Assembly: GCF_001447785.1 (NCBI RefSeq)
Contig: NW_015173124.1
Span: forward strand, 269,845-333,844
Direction of reading: 5' to 3'
DNA: 64,000 bases
DNA from: Gekko japonicus
Lineage: Eukaryota
A program made the translations under genes and the position numbers. Below are positions 55,101 through 64,000 of this stretch, in pieces. Within the stretch, counting starts at the first letter, position 1; every line of letters begins with the position of its first letter. The notes beneath the pieces are model-generated. The model did no database searches. It was not told the DNA's origin and was given only the letters and a program-made list of their open reading frames with translations.

Positions 55101-58100
55101 GTCACACACTGTCTCGACATTTTCACTGAGTTATCTACTACAACTCCAAGATCTCTCTCTTGATCAGTCTCTGCCAGTTCAGACCCCATCAACGTGTATT
55201 TATAGTTAGGATTTTTGGCTCCAATGTGCATCACCTTGCACTTGGCCACATTGAACCCCATCTGCCATGTTGACACCCACTTGCCCATCCTTGACAGATC
55301 CCTTTGGAGTGCCTCACAATCCTCCCTGGTTTTCACCACCCTGAACAACTTCGTATCATCTGCAAATATAGCCACTTCACTGCTTACTCCCAACTCCAGG
55401 TTGGTGGGAAATATAAAATTTTATAGTCAATATTGTTGCTGGATGATAACTAGCAGAGATTAATGAGATCATTGGAAAGCGTCAAATAAAAGATGAGAGG
55501 TTAATAAAAAGGATATAAGTGTGAAAAATAAATAAATAAAGTTATATTCTTAAACAATGGGACACTAAAGCAGTGCATAATAAGTTTGATGCTGAGGGCC
55601 TGAATTAAAATTCCATTTTGGTTGTGGATTGCTTGGGGGACTGTTAGCATCATAGAATAAAATAGATAATAGAATAAAAATAATTTTTGAGATTAACTGT
55701 GATCAAAATTTATAAAAAAGAACTCCATAGTTGAAAAGCTAAGCCAATATTTTTATTTATCTTCTTTATTTAATTTATACCCCACCAAAGTGGGCTCAGG
55801 GCGGCTTACAGATATTTTTCAGGTTAACTCTTCCTTTTAAATTCAATGAAGAACTTTTGAGAGTGAGAGTATAATTTTTACTCCTCTTCAAATGGGTTCC
55901 CTTTGCTTTAAACATTTTGCTCTTTCCATCAGGATTGTCAACTCAACCTATATGGTTCAAGCTCTGGTGTGACATCATGAAAACAAGACCATCCAAGTTT
56001 CAGGTGAGTTAAAGAATATGAACTTCCAAATTGGCATATATGAAGAAACTAGATTTCCTATATTCATGGCTGATTTAGACTTTGATCTTTCCCAATCACA
56101 ATAATCTTTTGTATGAGTTTCAGTGGCAGTTGCTGTTCCACATAGAGAAATTTTAAGTCCAGGAACTGTTATACTGATTGGCAGTATACTGTTTAAAAAT
56201 AAAACTTTGCCCTTTCTGATCTAGGGCAATATTGTTCCATTATTTCCCTTAGGAATGAAGTGAATGCCTATAGCCCCTACTTAAACGTTCATTTTTGTTT
56301 AGTCATATGCACACACGCTTGGGAGTTCCATTGAATTAAGAGGGACTTACTTTTGAGGATACATAAATAATACCATGGCACAAGGGCATTGAGTTTGTTT
56401 AGGTTTTATTTCTCTGCAGAGCATTAAGTGCTGGAGAAAGAAGTTCCTTGAAGCTTTCTTCTCAAATGTGCTGCGTGGGATCTTGGACGTGTCTTCAGAC
56501 CAGCGCCTGAGAGATCCTTGCTTTTTGCCCTTGCTGTATACCTCACAGCATGTTACCCAGCTTACCATCTACAACATGCTTGAAGGAGTAGCAGAGCTGA
56601 TGGCCAAACACAACCAGGGGGTTCTAGAAAACTTGGTTGTCTCTCTCAGATCCTTGACATTCCGTCACTTGCTGTCCTCCAGTCAGTCCACGAGACAACA
56701 ACTGAGTTTGCTTCTTCATCACCTAATTCATCATGGGGCTGTGAACCATGTATCTATGAACTCCTGGCCTAATCCTGACTCATCACTTTTAGTCCTTATT
56801 CTGAAAATGAGTGCTGGGGTTTGGCACCCAGGAAAAACACTTGTAAACCAAGCAAGCCTTTGCCATCTGTGCAGGAAGACATCTGTTAACCAGAGCCAAA
56901 AGCTAGACCAAGAGCATGAACCTCATTTGAGCTCAAGCCAGCTTTCTCATGGATTAGCAACTGGCCAGCATAGTGACAAAGATCTGAGAAATGAGAGACT
57001 GTTACCCAGCACACCACTAGGCTTTGAAAATGCTGTAGAGCTGGCCAGAGCCAGCAGTGAGACTCTTAATGTCTCAGTGGACTGTCACTTGAGCAAGATG
57101 CAACATAGCACAAGTTCAGGGAGTTGTAATGCTGAAAAAGGATCTGTCAGACTTTCACCAGCAAAATCATCTCAAAACAGCACTCCTTTAAATGAATGCC
57201 AGAAGAGGGGAAAGGGTGTAACAAAACAGAAGCTTGGCTGCCATCAGAGGACCAGCAAAGCCACTACAGACTCAGAAGACCTTTATGACTTTGTTTTTGC
57301 TGTTGCAAGGGAAGAAGAGAAAGCATTGCTCAACAAACGAAAGAATTCTAAGGAGGGAAGGACTGTTAACTATTCTGCTTACCCCACAGAAGCCAGCACT
57401 ACTGGTTTGGTTCACACAGATAAACCTTTTGAGATCACTTCCCTGAAAACAGCAAACCATTTCCGAAGCGTGTCCATTCTGGAAATTGTCTCCATCCGTC
57501 TGAACAGGAATACATGCCAGATGCTGGGAAATTTGCTCAGCTCTTGGGTATCTTTAGAAAAGCTTGTTCTGTCCTTGAACGGTGAGTAATAAACCAAACA
57601 TCTGACTTCAGGCTTTATTAGCAATTTGTTTTACTGTAACAGAAGTTTTAAAAAGAGTGGTTGGATCTGAGCTTTAGATTGGCAAAAGGTATATTCCAAG
57701 TAGGGTGCTCACAAACAATCTTGGGGAGGCAGCAGATAGTCACATTTCCTAAATCAAATTATGGGAAACTATACTGAACCCATACTTCAGAAGGCAATCC
57801 TGAAATCATGTTTGGTAAGCCAAGTTATAAGCAAATAATTTACTTTGTGTGTACTTTCAAAGTCTACTTCTTCCTTTAAAATGTTGTTCCAGGCTTAGGT
57901 CCCAATATATTCAGCATTCTTTCTGGGCTCCGGGCTCTTTCTCGCCACAGTGACTACCATCTCCACGTGGTACACATAAGTGACACGCTCTCCCACGTCC
58001 CCTGCATGAATCTTGTCCACTCTATTTTGAGTGCTATTCCATTGCTTCGAGTACTTATGGTCAGCTTTGATCTCAAAACTCTGATGGAGTGGAGCAGGCC

Positions 58101-61100
58101 AGAAGAGAGCTTGGGCTCATCAACTTTAGAAGAAGAAATTCCAGGTAAATCATAACACAATTCGAACTTAATATTGTAATGTGTGTTTTCTTTTGAGTAT
58201 AGAAGAGAACTTCTGAGTCCCAGCGATGTGGATATGCATCTCTATTAATTTAGAACCTTGTCTATGTGCTTTCTCTTGACCTACTCATTTCATAGTTTTA
58301 ACAGCCACTGAGTGCCTTCAAACATTGCTTACGCTACTGGACATCTTTGGAAACAAAGCTGCAAAAGGTTACATTAGAAATGGGCCTCTGCGAAGTCAGG
58401 TCTTGCTTTGTAATTGGCTATGTTTGATCTCTCTCGTATAGAAAAGTCCAAAGAATCTTTTTAGTGGCTTGCCAGTTGGCTTTAAACCTCTTGCTCTTAC
58501 AGATGGAAATCTTGTTCACTCTTACAAGTTCTGGTGTTTCTTTTTGAGACTCTCTGAAGAAGTGCTTCATGCTAGTCTTTCAGTTTGTACAATTAGAGTT
58601 CACAAGTCAAATAGCTTGCTTTATTTATTTATACATACCCTAACTCAGGTCCACAGAAGTTGTAGAGGCCTCTGATTCATTTCCAAATATAATCAGTTTT
58701 GCTCTTTATCTGTAGAACCCTTTCTAACCATCCATTTGCACCTACCTTCTTAAGCAGAAGTAAAATACTTCATTTCTGTGTTATCCATCGCCTAGGAGTA
58801 AATTACTTCTGTTCATTTCAATACCTCTCTGTCTGTTCAGGTGAAGTGCTTTGCTACTAGGGTAACTGTACATTCTACAGGTCCATGCATTCATACAATC
58901 ATGTGGTCTGTGGTTACAATATCTAAATATGCTACTCTGATATTTGAGGAAAGTGAGAGACTTTGATTAGTGAGTGGTTTTCTGCTTTTTCTTTCATAAC
59001 TCAACTAGAGAGCCATCTGGAACATCTTGAGGTCAGATTTCCCAGGGAACCTCTTCAAACAAGCCTCTTGATACCTGTACTGAAAGCCTCAAGGTCTCTT
59101 CAGAGCCTGTCTTTAGACAGTGCTGCAATTTCTTGTCCCCAAGAGGTTGAACGTCTCCTTCATGCACTGAAAGGTATTACAGAAACAGGTTTTTATAGCT
59201 GTGCTTGTCAACAATGTTGGTAGTTGTGCGGGAGAAGTACTGGCATCTTCAGACACATCCAGCTGGCCATACAGAATTAATTACTGTTTGGTTCTACACA
59301 GATAACTCTGTATTTGTTTGCTGTGTGTGCTGCCAAGCAGGAAAATTTTACACAATGGGGGGAAAGCGCCAAGCTTTTTCTGTAAGATCTTATTTGTCTT
59401 GCAGAATATAGCCCAGTCCTGAAGAGGCTAAGCTTTCATGACATCAATCTTTCTCACCACTCAAAAGATGTCCTCCTCTTACTGCAGGACCCCACCCTTC
59501 AAGGTACAACAGATTCACAGCCCACTCGTCTGTTCTTGTGCACTGTAGCTCTTCCTGATGGGGGCTGGGTGATGGGTCAGAGAAGATGAGGTTTACTGGC
59601 CAGTAAGGAGAAGGCAGTTCCATGCATCAGCAGAAGTATGGAAAAAGAGCACAAACTTTGCATGGGGAAAAAGGGAACACCGTGGAGACCACCCATTTTA
59701 ACCATAATCTTGATTAGGTCACCTGCTTTCACTTAGGCAGCGACTTGTGTTCTTGTTCTTCAGGGCATTCAATGAAACTAATTCATATGGCAAAACATAG
59801 AAAGGAAGAATGGCTTATCAATTTGGGGATCTTTTCCTTGTAACAGAAATCACCTTTTCATTTTGTCGGCTGTTTGAAAACTGTACTGTGGAGTTTCTGT
59901 CTGAAATCATAAATGCTGTGAAGAAGAACCCATCTTTGAAGACTCTAAGGCTCCCTGGAAATAGGCTTGGTACGTAAGGCAAAATGCAACAACTGTCCCT
60001 AAATACTTTCTTCTCAGGTAGCGGGGAGGGATCCTAAGCGCTGTCACAAATTTTGGCACTCTTGACATAATCTGACTGTTTGACTGCAGTCTTGTTTTTT
60101 CAAGCCAGAGGTCATCTAGTGATGACTTTCAACTAAGCTGTTTGAGCTTTCCTGCTTGAAGCAATAGGCAATTTGCCTACCTACCAACGTTCAAGTCACA
60201 ATAAGCCAGACACAGTCTTTTTTTCAGTAGGACAACTTTCCTGTCTTTACTGCTTACACTCTATGCCTTTTCTTCCAGTATACAGATTCAGATCAATGGA
60301 AGGAGCCCTGGAATCTCACTTTTCTAGAGACTCAGCTGCTCACCCAGTAACCCGCACTAAGTTCCTTCTGGCCAAAGGCTTCCTTTGCAAACTTCCTTTG
60401 CATTCCTTTAGACTATACATAATGTGGAATTAGGAAGGAAGGGAGAATGGAAACATTTTCTTACCAGAGAACATTTCAGCTAGTAGTGACCATCTATATA
60501 CTAATAGTGAAAGGTGCCCCCTGCGTGCGGATATCTAAATCCGCGCATCGGGGGCACCTGGGGGGCAGGCAGATTTTCCTGCGCACTTGGGGCAGACCCC
60601 GGGTGTGCACAAAAATCTGAAAAGTTTAACAAACAAAAGTAAAAGAGCGTCCCCTGTGCATGCGCAGGGAACACTCTGCGAACTGGTGAGGCCCGGCAGC
60701 TGCAAGCCGCACGAGCCTCGCTTCGAAGCCGGAGGGGAAGAGAGAGAGAGACTGGCGAGGCCCGGCGGCTGCAAGCCGCGTNNNNNNNNNNNNNNNNNNN
60801 NNNNNNNNNNNNNNNNNNNNNNNNNNNNNNNNNNNNNNNNNNNNNNNNNNNNNNNNNNNNNNNNNNNNNNNNNNNNNNNNNNNNNNNNNNNNNNNNNNNN
60901 NNNNNNNNNNNNNNNNNNNNNNNNNNNNNGGGAGAGAGAGACTGGCGAGGCCCCATGGCTCCAAGCCGCTGGCCTCGCTTTGGAGGCGAAGGGAGAGAGA
61001 GAGACCGGCGAGCCGGGGGTGGTGGTGGAGTGGGGTAGTGGAGGCGACGGGGGAACTGGCGGGATGGGGGGGGAAGCTTACCTGCTGCTTCCTCCTCCGC

Positions 61101-62803
61101 CTCTGTGTGGAGCTCCCCCGCGATTTTCGCGGGTCCCCTTTCTTGTTACTTCTCTAATTTTGTCATCTCTGTCAAATTTGCCAGCCCTGAGAGTACATAT
61201 CTGTTCTGTCATACTTTCTTCTCCAACCTGCTCATCTTCCTAGTTTGAACTTAAATTTTAATTCTCCCATTGTTAGGAAATCACAGGTTGGTTGCACTGG
61301 CTGATATTTTTTCTGAAGATTCATCTGCTTCCATTTGTCATCTGGATGTCAGGTATGCTTTACCTTATTTCACACATGTATATACCTTTCAAACAATTAA
61401 AATTTAAAATTTGAATAGACAAACAGTAAAAATTGTCTCAGCCCCCAGGTTGCTTTCTCAGGAGCAGGTGGTATGACCTTCCTATCCTGGATATCTCCTT
61501 AGGGCATACAGGCAGTAGCCCCAGGGAAGGTGAGGAAGGAATGCCTCATCTGCTTTCTCTTAGGCCCTCACTAAAATAAATTTGAGGCCACTTGGCTAGG
61601 GGTTGCCTTATGTCTCTTCTTAGTAGCATTAGATGTCTAGTTGCCCAGGAAGTGTAGACTTATGCAATTGGCAGGATATGTGTTCAGCTCTACCCTTAGC
61701 TTAACAAGTTCTTTCTTCCATTCCCTGCTTGTATTTTAAAGATGTGAGCTGGGCAAAGTGCTAGCTAATCACTTTAATGACATATGATAGTAAGCTAGAG
61801 TCACAGCACAATCCCATGTAGCTATTCTACTCAAAGTTCACTGAAATCAGTGGGTTTAGAGTTGGAATAACTGAGCACAAGATTGCATTGTCAGAAAGCC
61901 TTGTTGCTCATATAATGATGATGGCAGTTATTCACTTGAATGTGTTTTCACTACAAGTTAACAGAAACTTTCCATATGAACATATTACCAATTGTGAACG
62001 GATTTGTTAATAACTGGTCATCTAATCTACTTAGCAGCTTCTAGAATCAAAGATTAGATGCTTGTGGCACTGATGTTGGCAGCAGTACTTTCTTAAAACA
62101 TAGTTGTGTAATCTGCAATTATTTCCCACATTTGTGGGAAAATTTTGAAAAAACTCCATAGCCATAATCTCAGGTATCTGGTGCTATAGAACCATGTTTC
62201 TTTATTTCATAAAGTAAGCAGTGCACCAGTGAGCGTCCTTTTCTGTGCATCAGTTGTCTGGTTTGAAAGCTAAGAAGCTACATTAATGCAATTTTCATGT
62301 AGTCACTAAAAGAGAGAGTATGCATGTTTGTTGTCTGTTGTGAGCTTACCATCAGGAAAGGTTAACTCCTATTGGTACAGGGTATGAAAATTTCTGATAT
62401 CAAGGGAGGGTTAGCTCCTGCAGATAGCTCACTTTCTGGTGTATTCTTTACAACCCCTCCTAGTAAGAGGGCCAGTCTTACTAGTATTCTAGGTATCTAC
62501 AATGGCTAAGAACTGCTTTGAGCAAAATCTGATTTAAGAAGCTATGGCCATATCTTCTTTTCCTACAGTTCTAACTGCATCAAACCTGATGGGCTCCTGG
62601 AGTTTGCCAAGAAGCTGGAGAGGTACATAGCACAACACAGAGAACAGATCAAGTTCACCAAACTTTGCCTCTCTCAAAATTGGTTGGACCAAGATGCTGT
62701 AATGGCTCAAGAGGCTCTTTGGCGGCTCAGAGCCATATGCAGTGTGGTTAGTGATACATGGGACTCCTCTCAAGCCTTTGCCGACTATGTTAGTGTGATG
62801 TAA
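52105..62803 (+). CDS. LRRC41: LRRC41 (MUF1), BC-box/leucine-rich-repeat protein; 10 exons, about 793 aa
   Basis: Exons: 52105-52216, 53748-53834, 55933-56003, 56420-57581, 57893-58144, 59009-59173, 59405-59503, 59847-59969, 61277-61352, 62569-62803 (TAA). Matches to LRRC41: [74 protein letters not shown]. Start codon inferred. Confidence 0.95.
54345..55400 (-). mobile_element. 5'-truncated CR1 LINE in LRRC41 intron 2
   Basis: RT C-terminus ([43 protein letters not shown]) with a frameshift, 3'UTR and (CTTATGTT)n tail. Confidence 0.92.
60493..61157 (+). mobile_element. Non-autonomous Helitron-like element in LRRC41 intron 8 (contains gap)
   Basis: A|TCTATATACTAATAG 5' end, 3' hairpin CCCGCGATTTTCGCGGG, CTAA|T end. 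Termini shared with 36808-37194. Confidence 0.68.
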
Positions 62804-62827
62804 CAAGTACACCGGGTGCTCTTTTAT

Positions 62828-62833
62828 AATAAA
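62828..62833 (+). terminator. Candidate LRRC41 polyadenylation signal
   Basis: AATAAA 25 nt after the stop codon, followed by a T-rich tract. Confidence 0.5.
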
Positions 62834-64000
62834 ATTTTATTTTCCCTGGATTTTAGTTCTCCTTTCTCAGGCAGCTACATCAGTAACTGCTATTATTTAA
62901 GTATTAGTATAGGGAGGTACTAAGATTGAACAGAATGAGTTACTGTACTCAAAACATGTTTTAGACCTTGGATCTATAGATGCAGCAGAATGCGGTGGTA
63001 GGTAGAGTGGACAGTGGCTCTTAAGATGATGAGCACTGTAACACAGAGAAATATGAAACTAGCACCCCTGGGAGCAGACTCCCCCCCCACACACACACAC
63101 TAGAGTTCTACTTACAGCAGTTTGACAGAAGAATGATTCTTTCCACGGCCCTCTGAAATGATAGTGACTACTCTACTTCCTTATCTTGTTGCAAGCTGGC
63201 TGTAACCATAAGGTGGAACCTAACAATCCAGTAATTAATAGCTAGCACCCCTGGGAGCTATTTAGCTCAGACTGAATAGTTTTTAAATTTACATAAACAC
63301 AGTTTATCCTAACTGTTCAATCAACAAAAAGATTCTTAACCCATCAGTTGGTTAATGGTGAATTTCTAATAATAAAATTCTGTATTTTTCTTTTGAGGTG
63401 GAATGGATTGTACTAATAGAAGAGTTGCCTTTATTTTGTTGTAACCCAAGATGCATTTTAAGTCTGATTTTAAGTGAACTGCATCTTATACTTACAAAAA
63501 GAAAGCAATTCAGTTTAATAATCTGTATGGTTTTTCCAACATCCTTTTAAAAATCTAGAAAAGTTAACTTCTTAAGCATGTCTCCAAAATAAAGATCATT
63601 AATCTTTCCCTGACAAGCTATACATAGTCCATAGGTGGGGAGGTGGTCACGAACATCAGAAAATAAATTCATGTTTTTTCTTATTCACTTCCCTCCCTAT
63701 GAGCAATTTTCCTTAACATTAAAGCTATCAAAATAAATTACTAACCAAAGCCAGTGTTCCACTGCATTTGGAAAATGAAGCTTTTTTCCAGTATAACACT
63801 TCATTTCAGCTCTGCGGGTAAAAATAGGTTTATTTACCTGAATCATGCCTCCTTCTTACATAAAATATTCCACTGGCCTTGCATTCTATCCTACCTAATG
63901 CCCCCACCTCACAAAAACAGCCAAATAGTATAGTTCTTTCTTTACTGTATACAACTGCATTCAGCCCTCACGTGTCCCCACAATAAGGAAAAATAAATGT

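Noticed and set aside
63000-64000. RAD54L expected by synteny
   Set aside because: No RAD54L-like coding sequence recognised; at most untranslated sequence.

Overview
Vertebrate genomic DNA, inferred to be squamate and probably gecko from its Sauria-type SINEs, BovB, CR1, L2 and Penelope-type remnants. It covers the conserved LRRC41-UQCRH-NSUN4-FAAH block. From left to right: exons 1-2 of a second FAAH/VDHAP-like amidase paralogue (minus strand, runs off the left edge); a young, intact Mag-type Gypsy LTR retrotransposon (4943-9911); a complete 15-exon FAAH/VDHAP-like gene (9934-31599, minus); NSUN4 (6 exons, minus); UQCRH (4 exons, minus); and LRRC41 (10 exons, plus), head-to-head with UQCRH. 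Exon boundaries were read by hand and are phase-consistent. Most notable observations: (1) intron 9 of the FAAH-like gene starts GAAAGT instead of GTAAGT in an otherwise intact frame; (2) the Gypsy element sits about 22 bp after that gene's stop codon and about 930 bp upstream of the next paralogue's ATG, sense to both; (3) the amidase keeps its catalytic triad but has substitutions at conserved signature and acyl-pocket residues; (4) non-autonomous Helitron-like, Mutator-like, Harbinger-like and hAT elements with readable termini; (5) an orphan CpG island with NRF1 motifs in intron 1. I found no convincing wholly new gene system; the best candidate is this diverging, TE-remodelled FAAH-like tandem array. 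Assembly gaps: 468-625, 37010-37128, 60782-60929.
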